Assembly: GCA_963749915.1 (NCBI GenBank)
Contig: CAVVOP010000008.1
Coordinates: forward strand, 320,001 to 384,000
From: an uncultured cyanobacterium
GTDB lineage: Bacteria > Cyanobacteriota > Cyanobacteriia > Cyanobacteriales > Cyanobacteriaceae
Length of the DNA: 64,000 bases
Direction of reading: 5' to 3'
A program made the position numbers and the translations under genes. The notes beneath the pieces were generated by a model, which was given only the letters and a program-made list of their open reading frames with translations, was not told the origin of the DNA and did no database searches. Positions 21,925 through 33,491 of this stretch are shown here, piece by piece (the first letter of the stretch is position 1; every line of letters starts with the position of its first letter).

Positions 21925-22263
21925 TTATAGTTTATCTAACAATTTTCTTCTTTTTGATTCATATTCTTCTGCGGTTATAATACCTTGATCGTAAAGTTTT
22001 TTTAGTTCAGTTAAAGCAGTAATACTGTTTGTTGGAAAAGAAATAACATTATTACTATTATTATATTGTGCATTAAAAGCCTGATCTGACATTAATACTA
22101 AACCAAGAAAATCAAAAATTGCTAATAAAGCCGGAATAAAAGTCCAACTAAAGATTAGATACATAAGTCCTGCAAAATTATGACCTAAATAAAATTTATG
22201 AATGCCGAAAGCACCAAAAAAGAAAGTTAAAATTATCGCTACTACTTTATTTTTTAATTCCAT
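21925..22263 (-). CDS. TM2 (NINE) domain protein with C-terminal SHOCT
   Basis: KNKVVAIILTFFFGAFGIHKFYLG; LTELKKLYDQGIITAEEYESKRRKLL. Confidence 0.88.
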   Translation of the reverse strand: MELKNKVVAIILTFFFGAFGIHKFYLGHNFAGLMYLIFSWTFIPALLAIFDFLGLVLMSDQAFNAQYNNSNNVISFPTNSITALTELKKLYDQGIITAEEYESKRRKLLDKL

Positions 22264-22331
22264 GTTTTTTATTTATTCAATTATCTCAGAATTAGGGTGA
22301 TATAAAAATTTTTATTCATATATTTTAAAAA

Positions 22332-22580
22332 TTATTCACTAGTAAATCGACAGTTTTTATTTTTATATTTTCTCAATTTTAAGAAAATGGAGTATGAACC
22401 AATTATAGCCGTTTGGATTTCTAATATTATTAGATAATGTCCAATAAAATAATTGACTTCTATCAAGGAATTCAAGGAAAAAACCAACAACCCCAGCACA
22501 AGGAAGGGGATTAATTGCCACTGGCGATAAGATGATAATAATGATAGATGGTTTGATGATTTAATGATTTTCATAATCAA
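22332..22580 (-). CDS. small hypothetical membrane protein
   Basis: 82-aa ORF with two hydrophobic segments, co-oriented with the TM2 gene. Confidence 0.45.
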   Translation of the reverse strand: MIMKIIKSSNHLSLLSSYRQWQLIPFLVLGLLVFSLNSLIEVNYFIGHYLIILEIQTAIIGSYSIFLKLRKYKNKNCRFTSE

Positions 22581-22962
22581 TTTATGATGTTGATGTTTTT
22601 TTGGCGTTGCTGATGTGATGTATGAGATAAAATAATTAAGATAACAAGATTGATTATATCCTTTGCGTCCTTGGCAGATACTTATTCCGACATTGACTTA
22701 GCAACCTTATCTATCATTATATTGTAATTAAAATGTTAACAACAACCCACTCAACTTGTAAAGATTTATGAAGTCTTCTCAAAAATTTCTTATGGATAAA
22801 TTAAGTCTGTTTTCACTTAAGTGTTGTTTTCCGAATATATATATTTTCAAATTTAAGGAGAGAATTATATAATTATCAGTGTGGGTTAAATATATTTTTT
22901 CTTTAACTGACAAAATTAACTATTTATTATTCTAATTTATCTTAATTATTAAGCTCAAAATT

Positions 22963-23835
22963 ATGGCAAAAAGTTATTTTATTAGTAGTAGTCAAGACTT
23001 AGAAAAAGTTTATAAAGCAACCATCTTATGGTTTAAAGGTAAACAATATGAGGTAGAAGGAACGAAAAAACAAGACGTTTATTTAATTCAAGCTAGAAAA
23101 ACAGGCACAATTAGAACTTTGTTAGGCACAAATTTGGCCTTTAAAATTCAGATTTATTTTTCTCAAGATAGTCTGATTAATAATAAAGAATTTATTGTCG
23201 AAGTTAGCAGAGGAAAATGGATTCAAAATATTGCAGGTGCAGGTTTTGCCGGTTTATTTACTGGTGGATTAACGGTTTTAACCGGCATTGCTGGTGCGGG
23301 TTGGGGATTAGTCTTAGAAAATGAGTTAATTTCTTATCTGGAAAATGATCTTAATTTTAAACGAGTGACTACAGATATTCCTAACACTAATACTAATAGG
23401 AATAATCAAGATATTTTGTCGATTAATAATAACTCCCCTTCAATGAATGTGGTGAAAAATACAGATCAAAAACGTATTGTAGAAGAACTGGAAGCCGAAA
23501 TTAATAAGCTAGAAATTGCTTTTACAGATGAAATTTTAACGGAAGCTGAATTTACGAGAAAAAGGGCTATTTTGGAAAAAAAAATTGATGATTATGAGGT
23601 TAATTTCGTCATTGAAGAAAAAATTGCTAAATTACAAGATGCTTTTTCTCAAGGGATCTTAGATCAACTTGAATATGAAGAAAAAGTTAATGAGTTAGAA
23701 GCTAATATGAGAGAAAAAATTTTACAAGAAAGACATTTACAAAGAAATAAAACAAAAATTATTAAGTTAAAAGAGGCTTTAAATAATGGGGTTATCACCA
23801 AAGAAGAATATCAACGAAAAATTTCTAATTTGTAA
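22963..23835 (+). CDS. hypothetical protein with glycine-rich hydrophobic segment and three SHOCT-like repeats
   Basis: IAGAGFAGLFTGGLTVLTGIAGAGWG; three KL..A...(G/E)I/V....E(Y/F)..K repeats. Confidence 0.75.
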   Translation: MAKSYFISSSQDLEKVYKATILWFKGKQYEVEGTKKQDVYLIQARKTGTIRTLLGTNLAFKIQIYFSQDSLINNKEFIVEVSRGKWIQNIAGAGFAGLFTGGLTVLTGIAGAGWGLVLENELISYLENDLNFKRVTTDIPNTNTNRNNQDILSINNNSPSMNVVKNTDQKRIVEELEAEINKLEIAFTDEILTEAEFTRKRAILEKKIDDYEVNFVIEEKIAKLQDAFSQGILDQLEYEEKVNELEANMREKILQERHLQRNKTKIIKLKEALNNGVITKEEYQRKISNL

Positions 23836-23885
23836 AAATAAATCTCTTAGGTCTGTAGTCAGGAGTGTGGGAGATGTCTATTTAT

Positions 23886-24479
23886 TTACCATCCCGTAAT
23901 AGCGGGGGTATCGAGTAAGGTTTGATTGTGATTCTGTGTTGATGAAGTTAGATTATCTTCCGCTTCCCTGACCTCAATACAAAAAGTTGCCGTATTAAAA
24001 CCGCCAAAACGTTGTACGGTGCTGGTTCTCATGCGAATGTCGTCCGTTACAAACCAAAATCGCTCATGGATAGTCATAGTTTCATACTCGGTGGTTAAGA
24101 TTAAGGCATCTTCATGGTCTAAATAATACTCTCCCGCTACTGGCACTATTTCCGCATAGCCTCTTTCTCTCAATAATCTTCCTTGTCGAGGATTGTCGGC
24201 AGTAGGAATTAAAGCAAAAACTGTCTCACCTTTATGATCTTCATTTTCTTTGTCCCATTGCATTGCACCATCCCATGTGACATAAGAACCCCCAACAGAT
24301 AATTCTGGCTCAAAGGAGTGCATTTGACAAATTTTCACTATTTTCGGATCATCTTTGCTCAATGTCTTTACTTTAATCTGTGATCCTCCCGTTTCCGCTC
24401 TTCTAAAGGGTAAGTGATGGGTTGTACGTTGCGATCTCCATTTTCCGGCACTATTTTGAAAAAAGGTTAAACCATCCAT
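23886..24479 (-). CDS. cpcS: phycobiliprotein lyase CpcS/CpeS
   Basis: FFQ.SAGKWRSQRTTHHLPFRRAE, GRLLRERGYAE, ERFWF. Confidence 0.9.
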   Translation of the reverse strand: MDGLTFFQNSAGKWRSQRTTHHLPFRRAETGGSQIKVKTLSKDDPKIVKICQMHSFEPELSVGGSYVTWDGAMQWDKENEDHKGETVFALIPTADNPRQGRLLRERGYAEIVPVAGEYYLDHEDALILTTEYETMTIHERFWFVTDDIRMRTSTVQRFGGFNTATFCIEVREAEDNLTSSTQNHNQTLLDTPAITGW

Positions 24480-24727
24480 AGAATATATTTAAAAAGTTTT
24501 GATATCTGTAAGTTATCTTACCATGATTTATGACGCGAACGCTGGGTAAATTAAATAGTATATTAGTTCTGTATTACTGACCTGCACCCCTGCAAAATAT
24601 AGGTTATATCCTCCAAAGAAAAAGTTTAGGACTACCAGTATTTTTTTCAGAGCATCAGTGTTATTATTAAGCGGATATATGCTATCGAGTAAATATCTTT
24701 ACTAATTAATTCTATTGATTTAGCAAA

Positions 24728-25390
24728 ATGTTCAAAAAAATACCTCAAATCTTTCTTGCCGGAGTGACATCTTTGACCTTTATTTCCAGTGCTATAGCAC
24801 AAACATTTACTGATGTTAAAGGGGATGTTTATGAAACGGAAATAGAAAAAGCGACGGAATTAAAAATAATTGCCGGTTTTCCCGATCAGACTTTTCGTCC
24901 TAATCTTCCTGTTACCAGAGAACAGGCCGTTTCCATGATTATTGACGCATTAGAAACATTGACAGACCTCGATTTAAAGGAAAAACCCATAAGGACCGTA
25001 CGTCCTTATTTAGATGTGGACAAAGATCGTTGGAGCTACGATAAAATTACATGGTTTCAGTGGAACATTCAACCTGAAGGTTCATTTACGGGGAATTTCC
25101 GTCCAGATCAATACGTCACGAGATCGGAACTGGTTGACTTCCTAAGAAGATCCTCTGAATTTTTACAGGTTAAGATGGGCAAATCTTCTTTTTTAACCCC
25201 CACCACTGAAGAGATAACATTTTCCGATGTTTCAGGTTATGAGTTACAGTTAACCCGTCAAATGTCTGCATATTGTAAGATTGCCTCTCCCCTAAATGAG
25301 AAGGGAACTGAATTTGCACCTACTCAAGTTGCCAACAGAAATTATACTGCTGCAGCTATTGTCAGAATGCTGGATTGTCTAAAGAAATAA
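24728..25390 (+). CDS. S-layer homology (SLH) domain protein
   Basis: signal peptide; FTDV, IIAGFPDQTFRPNLPVTREQ, FRPDQYVTRSE. Confidence 0.85.
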   Translation: MFKKIPQIFLAGVTSLTFISSAIAQTFTDVKGDVYETEIEKATELKIIAGFPDQTFRPNLPVTREQAVSMIIDALETLTDLDLKEKPIRTVRPYLDVDKDRWSYDKITWFQWNIQPEGSFTGNFRPDQYVTRSELVDFLRRSSEFLQVKMGKSSFLTPTTEEITFSDVSGYELQLTRQMSAYCKIASPLNEKGTEFAPTQVANRNYTAAAIVRMLDCLKK

Positions 25391-25415
25391 TATATATTTA
25401 TTCAATTAAGTGGTT

Positions 25416-25503
25416 ATACCAAGTTGCGTACTGATTCTGTAACGTTCAATTTCGCTCAAGTCAAGTTGTTCGGTGAGTAAGGATTTTGGACACAACTTGG
25501 TAT
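25416..25503. mobile_element. small MITE
   Basis: inverted repeat ATACCAAGTTG(CGT)/(ACA)CAACTTGGTAT, 13/14 match, between convergent genes. Confidence 0.55.
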
Positions 25504-25524
25504 TACAATCAAATTTGGTATTCA

Positions 25525-26655
25525 TCATGGTGATGGAGGGGAATTTAACTTAACTAAAGACTGTAAAAAAATCAAGCCACTATAGAGCTGAAAAGCATTA
25601 TCCCAGATATTTTCTTCTCGGTGAAAAAGGTTAATATGAGCCTTAACTTGTTTTAACATTTCAGGAAATTGCGTCACTCCTTCACCAAATAAAGTAAAAT
25701 CTGACCACAAAGGTTTATTAGGAATTTTATCAGCAAAAAACCTCACTAAAATTTGCCATTTTTCCTTTGACGTTTTTTCTTCTGTTGTGATACTGAAACC
25801 TTGCTCAAAGTTATAAAAATTATCACTAAATCTGAGAATTAAATTCTGAGACATTAAATGCAAATCGTAACATTGTGCATAGTCAAGGGTAGATTTTTTT
25901 TTCTGAGGTTTCCCTCTGGCATCCAAATGTAACGTTAACTCAAAAATAGGAATTAAACCCTGTACTTTATTATTAATATCGTCCCATTTAAAGATAATTT
26001 CTTTTTCTTTTTCTGTGTCATCTTCTGCCATAATGATAACTTCTTCATCATCCTGAATGATATACTTTACTTGATAAACCTGCATTTGATTGACATCTTT
26101 AATAGGATGACAAAAACAAGAAATATTTGCTTGAGAAAACTCCGATTGCCAATAATTTAATTCGCCTAAATTACCAGTTTTATATAGCCGCCAACTACGA
26201 GTTGGAATTTGTAAAGTAGCAGTATAATTATCGATGTCCAAAATTTTGGCTAACTTCGGGGCTAATATTTTTTTCTCATCTATGGTTACAGGTTCTAAAA
26301 TTAAGACAGCTAAATCTTCATTATTTTCCATAGTTTTAAACTTTTTAAGTTTTAGCTCTTTGTCTTGCTTTTTTTGTTTATCTTCTTCCTCTTTTTTCTC
26401 TTTATTTATTAAAACTATTCTTTCGATGCCATCACGAATTAGTTTAATTAATTTAGGTTCTGGAAATATAGTATCCTGAACTATCTGCCTATAATTTATT
26501 TCTGCTTGAGTAAAATTACCCTCTTTTTCAATAATTAATGTTTGATAATATTTGATCCATAAATTGTCGTGATCTTTCATCACTAACTGATTTAAAAGCT
26601 CTCGAGCCTGAGCATAATTTTTGTTATCAATGGCTAGGTTTACTTCTTCAAACAT
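25525..26655 (-). CDS. conserved hypothetical protein with N-terminal TPR
   Basis: 376-aa ORF, TPR-like N-terminus. Confidence 0.75.
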   Translation of the reverse strand: MFEEVNLAIDNKNYAQARELLNQLVMKDHDNLWIKYYQTLIIEKEGNFTQAEINYRQIVQDTIFPEPKLIKLIRDGIERIVLINKEKKEEEDKQKKQDKELKLKKFKTMENNEDLAVLILEPVTIDEKKILAPKLAKILDIDNYTATLQIPTRSWRLYKTGNLGELNYWQSEFSQANISCFCHPIKDVNQMQVYQVKYIIQDDEEVIIMAEDDTEKEKEIIFKWDDINNKVQGLIPIFELTLHLDARGKPQKKKSTLDYAQCYDLHLMSQNLILRFSDNFYNFEQGFSITTEEKTSKEKWQILVRFFADKIPNKPLWSDFTLFGEGVTQFPEMLKQVKAHINLFHREENIWDNAFQLYSGLIFLQSLVKLNSPPSP

Positions 26656-26696
26656 TTTGGATAATTAATAGTTAATTAATAGTTAATTAATAGTTA

Positions 26697-27425
26697 TTAC
26701 TTATTACTTATTTCACCAACGGCAGCAATCAAAGACATAGCCATAATTGGTGCGGTAATAGACCTCAAAATTCTTTTTCCTAAAGACACTTCTTGAAAAT
26801 TACAGTTGATCGCCTTTTGAATTTCATCGGTAGTCCAACCCCCTTCGCAACCAGTAGCGATCACAATTTGGGAGGGTGAGTTAGATAAATCCCTCCTCAA
26901 AAAATCCAGTAAATGAGGTGCAGAAGTACGAGCTACTGCGATATACTTACGAATATTAATGTTCCTCACGGTGGTTAAAGCCTCAAAAATAGATAAAGGT
27001 TGGGCAATATAAGGGACTATTTGTCTTTCTGATTGCTCCGCAGATTCTACGGCTATTTTACGCCATCTTTCTAACTTATTTTCACTGGGTTTTAATAAAG
27101 TGCGATCGCTGATTACCGGTTGCAACTGATTAACACCCAATTCCGTGGTGCAACGAACAATATCTTCAAAACCCTTACCTTTAGGTAATGCCACCATCAA
27201 AGTGACACAAGAAAGCAACTCCCGATTTTCTTCAAGAGAACCAATAATTTTACCACCGTGAGGGGTTAATTTTACCAGCCAACAGTTACCTTTACCATCC
27301 ATAGCGATGAAATTTTGCTCATTATTCAATCTAACCACCCGACGCAAATAATGTTCTTGCTCTGAAAAAAGGTTAATCAGAGTATCCTGTTTTTGACTGG
27401 TATTAATAACTAAACGATATAACAA
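26697..27425 (-). CDS. rsmE: 16S rRNA m3U1498 methyltransferase
   Basis: HYLRRVVRL, TELGV, ESAEQSER, G.EGGW, VSLGKRILR. Confidence 0.92.
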   Translation of the reverse strand: MLYRLVINTSQKQDTLINLFSEQEHYLRRVVRLNNEQNFIAMDGKGNCWLVKLTPHGGKIIGSLEENRELLSCVTLMVALPKGKGFEDIVRCTTELGVNQLQPVISDRTLLKPSENKLERWRKIAVESAEQSERQIVPYIAQPLSIFEALTTVRNINIRKYIAVARTSAPHLLDFLRRDLSNSPSQIVIATGCEGGWTTDEIQKAINCNFQEVSLGKRILRSITAPIMAMSLIAAVGEISNK

Positions 27426-27599
27426 ACTAATTAAAATATGGGCTAATTTGATTGATTTTTTACTGTGAAGGTATTTTACCCAAAGTTTTCCCGAAAAATA
27501 TCATCTTGACCACGATTGTTAACTTTTACTTGGCAATCTTTACAAAACTTAATATAATAGTCTAAGAATCACTAAGTATAAATTACTATTAGTCTGGTC

Positions 27600-29183
27600 A
27601 TGATTAGTTTAGAATTTCCTTGGCTTACAGCAATCATTCTCTTTCCCTTAATAAGTGCCCTTGCTATCCCCCTAATTCCCAATAAATATGGGAAAAACGT
27701 GAGAAATTATGCCCTTATCGTTGCTTTAACTAACTTTTCTTTAACTATTTACGCTTTTTGGCAAAATTACACCATCAGCAGTGCCGATTTTCAATTACAA
27801 GAATCCTATGGTTGGCTTCCTCAAATTGGCTTAAATTGGGCAGTAGGAGTTGATGGTTTATCCATGCCTCTAATTATCTTATCAGGGTTTATCTCTACCC
27901 TGGCTATCCTTGCATCATGGCAAGTGCAACAGAAATCAAAATTGTATTTTTTCCTATTATTAGTTTTATCTAGTGCTCAAATCGGTGTTTTCGTTGCCCA
28001 AGATTTATTATTGTTCTTCATCATGTGGGAATTGGAATTGGTTCCCGTTTATTTACTAATATCCATCTGGGGTGGAAAAAAACGCCTCTACGCCGCCACA
28101 AAATTTATTCTTTATACTGCGTTAGCCTCGATTTTTATCCTCGTTGCTGGTTTGGCTATGGCATTTTACGGGGATAACTTCACCTTAAACATAGCAGAAT
28201 TGGGCATCAAAAACTATCCCATCGCCTTGGAAGTTTTCGCCTATGTGGGATTTTTGATCGCCTTCGGTGTCAAATTGCCTATTTTCCCATTGCATACCTG
28301 GCTGCCAGATGCCCATAGCGAAGCCTCAGCGCCCGTTTCGATGATTTTAGCGGGGGTTTTGTTGAAAATGGGAGGTTATGGCTTGATCCGCTTTAATATG
28401 GAGCTTTTACCCGATGCCCATATAAAGTTCGCACCCTTACTCATAACTCTGGGAGTAATTAATATAGTTTACGGTGCATTTACCGCCTTTGGACAAACTA
28501 ATCTTAAACGTCGTCTGGCTTCTTCCTCCATTTCTCACATGGGATTTGTGTTAGTGGGTATTGCTTCCTTTACCGACTTAGGCTTAAATGGGGCAATGCT
28601 ACAGATGTTGTCCCATGGTTTAATTGCCGCCGCTTTATTCTTCTTGTCTGGTGTTACCTACGAAAGAACTCATACCTTGATGATGGATGAAATGGGAGGC
28701 ATGGCGAAAATCATGCCGAAAACCTTTGCTTTATTCACCGCCGCCTCCATGGCTTCTTTAGCTTTACCTGCCATGAGTGGCTTTGTCAGTGAGTTAACGA
28801 TTTTCTTAGGGATTGTCCAAAGTGATGCTTATAGTTCAACTTTTAAAGTTGTTATCGAATTATTAGCCGGAGTTGGCTTAATTTTAACGCCCATTTATTT
28901 ACTCTCCATGTTAAGGGTCGTTTTCTACGGTAAACAAGAAGCCTGTTTAAAATTAGAAGGCTTTAATCTTGATGCCAAACCCCGTGAAATTTTCATTACG
29001 GCTTGTTTAATTTTACCTATTATCGCCATCGGTTTATATCCGAAATTGGCCATGGATAGTTATGATCTTAAAACAGTGGAAGTCGCTAGTAAAGTTCGAT
29101 CATCTTTTGAAATTATCGTATCTAAATCTCAGGATAATTTTCCATCCAACTTAATCATTGCAGATTCTGATTTGAATGATTAA
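27600..29183 (+). CDS. ndhD2: NDH-1 subunit D2
   Basis: [39 protein letters not shown]; residues fit D2 rather than D1. Confidence 0.8.
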   Translation: MISLEFPWLTAIILFPLISALAIPLIPNKYGKNVRNYALIVALTNFSLTIYAFWQNYTISSADFQLQESYGWLPQIGLNWAVGVDGLSMPLIILSGFISTLAILASWQVQQKSKLYFFLLLVLSSAQIGVFVAQDLLLFFIMWELELVPVYLLISIWGGKKRLYAATKFILYTALASIFILVAGLAMAFYGDNFTLNIAELGIKNYPIALEVFAYVGFLIAFGVKLPIFPLHTWLPDAHSEASAPVSMILAGVLLKMGGYGLIRFNMELLPDAHIKFAPLLITLGVINIVYGAFTAFGQTNLKRRLASSSISHMGFVLVGIASFTDLGLNGAMLQMLSHGLIAAALFFLSGVTYERTHTLMMDEMGGMAKIMPKTFALFTAASMASLALPAMSGFVSELTIFLGIVQSDAYSSTFKVVIELLAGVGLILTPIYLLSMLRVVFYGKQEACLKLEGFNLDAKPREIFITACLILPIIAIGLYPKLAMDSYDLKTVEVASKVRSSFEIIVSKSQDNFPSNLIIADSDLND

Positions 29184-29317
29184 TCATCCACGGTAGAGTC
29201 CCAATAATGTTCGGTTAAGGAAATATAATTGTCGGTGAAGGCAGAAGGTAATAGACTCGTGAAAATTCTAGGTATGGGTTAATAATATATATTAACCCTC
29301 CTCAATTTATTTATTGT

Positions 29318-30019
29318 TTAATTAAAGTGAAATAATAAAAACTCAGTGTTTTCTTGACATGATTTTAAAGTTAGTTTATTTTCTTCTTTAATTGCCATCC
29401 CATCACCAGCTTTTAACATTTTGTCGTTGACATTTAATTCTCCTTTAACTAACTGAATCCAACCGTAATCCTTATCTTTTAATTCATATTTGATTTGTTG
29501 CCCATTGTCTAATATTGATCCAAAGAAATCTAAGTTTTGATGAATTTTTAACGAGTTTTCTCTACCATCACGGGAAGCTAATAAGCAAAGTTTACTCTGT
29601 TTTTCTTCTTGAGAAAATGATTTTTGTTCATAACTGGGGGTTAAATCTTTTGTGTCTGGGGTAATCCAAATTTGCAATAAATGCACTGGTTCTCTACGGG
29701 AATGATTATATTCACTATGTCGGACACCAGTACCGGCAGTCATTCTTTGCACTTCTCCTTGAGGAATCGTCGCTGTATTACCAATACTATCTTGATGTTC
29801 TAACTCACCTTCTATGACATAGGTAACAATTTCCATATCTCTATGTCCATGAGTACCAAAACCCTGACCGGGTGCAATAATATCTTCATTAATAACTAAT
29901 AAATTCCCAAAACCCATATATTTAGGGTCGTAATAATTACCAAAAGAGAAAGTATGTTTTGTGTCTAACCAACCAAAGTTAAAGTTTCCTCTTTCTACGG
30001 ATGGGCGAATTGTAATCAT
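29318..30019 (-). CDS. pirin family protein (YhhW-like)
   Basis: WLDTKHTFSF, GFGTHGHRDMEI, QRMTAGTGVRHSEYN. Confidence 0.92.
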   Translation of the reverse strand: MITIRPSVERGNFNFGWLDTKHTFSFGNYYDPKYMGFGNLLVINEDIIAPGQGFGTHGHRDMEIVTYVIEGELEHQDSIGNTATIPQGEVQRMTAGTGVRHSEYNHSRREPVHLLQIWITPDTKDLTPSYEQKSFSQEEKQSKLCLLASRDGRENSLKIHQNLDFFGSILDNGQQIKYELKDKDYGWIQLVKGELNVNDKMLKAGDGMAIKEENKLTLKSCQENTEFLLFHFN

Positions 30020-30157
30020 TTTCTTTTCCTCTCATTTGATGATATTTTTAACTATAACAATCTAATATAAAAGAAGCATTAAAGTTTTATCTACTTTTTC
30101 TATTTCTTTTTTCTTTTAATCATCAACTAAAACAATAATTATTGTATTATTAAGACT

Positions 30158-30640
30158 ATGAAAAGACGCACTTTTTTTACTATCACTTTTTCCGCTTTGC
30201 CTATTATTTTTAGTATTAATCAAACCAAATCTTCTACAGATAAACCGCAAAAAATCTCTTTATCCGATGCACAATGGAAGAAAAAACTTAGTGCGGAACA
30301 ATATCAAGTATTGAGAAAAGAAGCCACTGAAAAACCTTTCTCTAGTACTTTAAATGAGGAAAAAAGAAAGGGAATTTATACTTGTGCAGGGTGTGATTTG
30401 CCTCTCTTTAATTCTACTACTAAATATAATAGCGGTACTGGTTGGCCTAGTTTTTATGATACTATCGCCAATGCTATTGAAACAAAAAAAGACTTTAAGT
30501 TAGTCATTCCACGCACTGAATATCATTGTGCTAGATGTGGTGGCCATCAAGGTCATGTATTTAATGATGGACCAAAACCTACAGGAAAACGCTATTGTAA
30601 TAATGGTATAGCCTTAAAATTTGTTCCCGAAAATAGTTAA
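30158..30640 (+). CDS. msrB: methionine-R-sulfoxide reductase with export signal
   Basis: KYNSGTGWPSF, HQGHVFNDGPKPTGKRYCNNG; N-terminal KRRTF twin-arginine-like signal. Confidence 0.93.
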   Translation: MKRRTFFTITFSALPIIFSINQTKSSTDKPQKISLSDAQWKKKLSAEQYQVLRKEATEKPFSSTLNEEKRKGIYTCAGCDLPLFNSTTKYNSGTGWPSFYDTIANAIETKKDFKLVIPRTEYHCARCGGHQGHVFNDGPKPTGKRYCNNGIALKFVPENS

Positions 30641-30733
30641 CACTTTCAAGAAACAGATTGGGGAAAGGGAGAATGAGAAACAAGAATTAAGGGGACTTTT
30701 CCCACAATAACTCGAATTTACTTCTTTTTTCTT

Positions 30734-30768
30734 AACCTAAAACCTAAAACCTAAAACCTAAAACCTAA
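30734..30768. repeat. heptamer tandem repeat (AACCTAA)n
   Basis: about five consecutive 7-nt units, STRR-like. Confidence 0.8.
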
Positions 30769-30829
30769 CAAACTTAGGTCCGAAATAGCTTATGATTATA
30801 GGTTGTCCAAAAACATATGAGTATCGATA

Positions 30830-31915
30830 ATGACGAATAAATATTCTATCACCTTATTACCCGGCGATGGTATTGGTCCAGAAATTATGGCTGTCACCGT
30901 CAGAGTATTAAACGTAATTGCCCAACAATGTGATTTAGAGTTTAAATTTCAAGAGGCTTTGATTGGTGGGGCGGCCATCGATGCTACAGGCAAGCCTTTA
31001 CCTCCAGAAACCGTTGAGATGTGTCGTCAAAGCGATTCTGTGTTGTTGGCGGCTATCGGTGGTTATAAGTGGGATAATTTACCCCGTGAACAACGACCAG
31101 AAACGGGGTTATTAGGCATTCGTGGTGCTTTGGGATTATTCGCCAATTTACGTCCTGCTACTATCTTACCTCAATTAATTGATGCTTCTAGTCTTAAACG
31201 GGAAGTCGTAGAGGGAGTTGATATTATGGTGGTACGAGAATTAACGGGCGGTATTTATTTTGGACAACCGAAGGGTATTTTTAGCTCAGAAACTGGAGAA
31301 AAACGGGGCGTAAATACGATGGTTTACAGCGAGTCGGAAATTGATCGCATTGCGAAGGTAGCTTTTGAAACGGCGCAAAAACGTCAAAGGCGACTATGTT
31401 CAGTAGATAAAGCGAATGTTTTAGATGTATCTCAATTATGGCGTGATCGTTTAATTAAAATGTCGGCGGAATATCCCGATGTGGAGTTAACCCATCTGTA
31501 CGTTGATAATGCGGCAATGCAATTAGTACGCAATCCCAAACAATTCGATACCATCGTCACGGGTAACTTATTCGGCGATATTCTTTCCGATGCGGCGGCT
31601 ATGTTAACTGGTAGTATTGGAATGTTACCCTCCGCCAGTTTAGGTAGCCATCGCCCCGGACTATTTGAGCCTGTACACGGTTCAGCACCTGATATTGCCG
31701 GGCAAGACAAAGCCAATCCCCTCGCTCAAGTTTTAAGTACGGCTATGATGTTACGTTATGGCTTAAATGAGCCTGTGGCTGCTGGTAAAATTGAAGAGGC
31801 AGTGTTAAAAGTCCTTGATTTAGGCTATCGCACGGGGGATATTATGTCAGAAGGATGTAAACCTGTGGGATGTCAAGAAATGGGTAAAATTTTATTAAGT
31901 GTTTTGGGATCTTAA
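30830..31915 (+). CDS. leuB: 3-isopropylmalate dehydrogenase
   Basis: [40 protein letters not shown]. Confidence 0.97.
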   Translation: MTNKYSITLLPGDGIGPEIMAVTVRVLNVIAQQCDLEFKFQEALIGGAAIDATGKPLPPETVEMCRQSDSVLLAAIGGYKWDNLPREQRPETGLLGIRGALGLFANLRPATILPQLIDASSLKREVVEGVDIMVVRELTGGIYFGQPKGIFSSETGEKRGVNTMVYSESEIDRIAKVAFETAQKRQRRLCSVDKANVLDVSQLWRDRLIKMSAEYPDVELTHLYVDNAAMQLVRNPKQFDTIVTGNLFGDILSDAAAMLTGSIGMLPSASLGSHRPGLFEPVHGSAPDIAGQDKANPLAQVLSTAMMLRYGLNEPVAAGKIEEAVLKVLDLGYRTGDIMSEGCKPVGCQEMGKILLSVLGS

Positions 31916-32062
31916 TTTGTGTTGAACAATACAGCTAATTCTTATGTACAATAGACTGGGAAGAGCGAGTGAGAGATAATAACTTCCTTTTATGCTTAAT
32001 CAAGAAATTTTCCCCCAAGCTAACCTTATTTTGCAGGTTCATGATATTCTAATGAAGGCTCA

Positions 32063-32572
32063 TTGACAAGCGTGTTCAGGAAATCATCATCAATGGAACA
32101 GATAGCAGGAAAAGAACAAGATTTAGGACAAAATACCTCGACAACCTTCTCTGTCACAGAAATACAAGAATTATTACCTCACCGTTACCCCTTTGCTTTA
32201 GTCGATCGCATAATTGATTATACCCCAGGACAAAAAGCCACAGGTCTAAAAAATGTCACCATCAATGAACCTTTTTTTCAAGGACATATCCCAGGTAACC
32301 CCATTATGCCCGGTGTTTTACAATTAGAGACAATGGCACAAGTCGGAGGCGTTATTTTAACCTTATTACCCGGTATGAAGGGTAAGTTTTTCGCCTATGC
32401 AGGGGTAGATAAAGCACGTTTTCGCCGTCCCGTTATCCCCGGAGATCAGTTAATTATTACGGTAGAATTACTATCTTTTAAACGCAATCGCATTGCTAAA
32501 ATGCAAGGTCAGGGGTTAGTTGATGGGCAATTAGTGGCAGAAGCAGAAATGCTATTTTCTCTTTTTGATTAA
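32063..32572 (+). CDS. fabZ: 3-hydroxyacyl-ACP dehydratase
   Basis: [25 protein letters not shown]; real start may be ATG 32093. Confidence 0.95.
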   Translation: MTSVFRKSSSMEQIAGKEQDLGQNTSTTFSVTEIQELLPHRYPFALVDRIIDYTPGQKATGLKNVTINEPFFQGHIPGNPIMPGVLQLETMAQVGGVILTLLPGMKGKFFAYAGVDKARFRRPVIPGDQLIITVELLSFKRNRIAKMQGQGLVDGQLVAEAEMLFSLFD

Positions 32573-32702
32573 TTTTTAGTACCTGAATGAGATAAATTGT
32601 ATATTTTAAAATCAACTAAAATCAACTAAATTATCTGATATTTTTTTGTTCATTCTCTATTATTAATTTCATCAAATATACAATTAATTTATTTTACGAA
32701 TC

Positions 32703-33491
32703 GTGATACACCCTACTGCCATTATTGATCCCAAAGCTGAATTAGATCCTTCGGTGGAAATTGCCCCTAATGTGGTTATCGGTGCTGATGTTAAAATTGG
32801 TGCTAATACTGTTATTGGTGCCAATGTGGTAATTTATGGACCTATTGAAATTGGTTGCGGTAATCAAATTTTTCCGGGTGCGGCTTTAGGTTTACCTCCT
32901 CAGGATCTTAAGTATAAAGGCGGTAAAAGTTCCGTCAAAATTGGCGATCGCAATACCATTCGAGAATATGTCACCGTTAACCGTGCCACGGGAGAAGAAG
33001 AGGAAACCGTCATTGGCAATGATAATCTTTTGATGGCCTATGTTCATGTAGCCCATAATTGTATTTTAGGGGATAGAATCGTCATTGCTAATTCTGTGGC
33101 GTTGGCAGGTCACGTAGAGGTGGAATCTAAGGCCGTTATCGGCGGTATGTTAGGCATCCATCAATTCGTTAAAATTGGAAAAATGGCGATGTTAGGTGGA
33201 ATGAGCAGGATTGATCGAGATGCACCTCCCTATATGTTAGTAGAAGGTAATCCCTCTCGTGTGCGATCCCTTAACCTTGTCGCCTTAAAACGTAATAACT
33301 TTGATAGTGATGAAATATTTTTGTTGAAAAAAGCCCATAAAATTCTTTATCGTTCGGGATTAACCATCAGTCAGGCATTAAAAGAATTATCACCTCTATG
33401 CCACAACGAACATATAAACCATTTAACTAATTTTATGAACTCGTCGGTTAATGATAAAAATAGACGAGGCTTAATTAGCGGCAGACCCTAG
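32703..33491 (+). CDS. lpxA: UDP-N-acetylglucosamine O-acyltransferase
   Basis: IHPTAII, PQDLKY, hexapeptide repeats, HVAHNC, GIHQF; follows fabZ. Confidence 0.95.
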   Translation: MIHPTAIIDPKAELDPSVEIAPNVVIGADVKIGANTVIGANVVIYGPIEIGCGNQIFPGAALGLPPQDLKYKGGKSSVKIGDRNTIREYVTVNRATGEEEETVIGNDNLLMAYVHVAHNCILGDRIVIANSVALAGHVEVESKAVIGGMLGIHQFVKIGKMAMLGGMSRIDRDAPPYMLVEGNPSRVRSLNLVALKRNNFDSDEIFLLKKAHKILYRSGLTISQALKELSPLCHNEHINHLTNFMNSSVNDKNRRGLISGRP

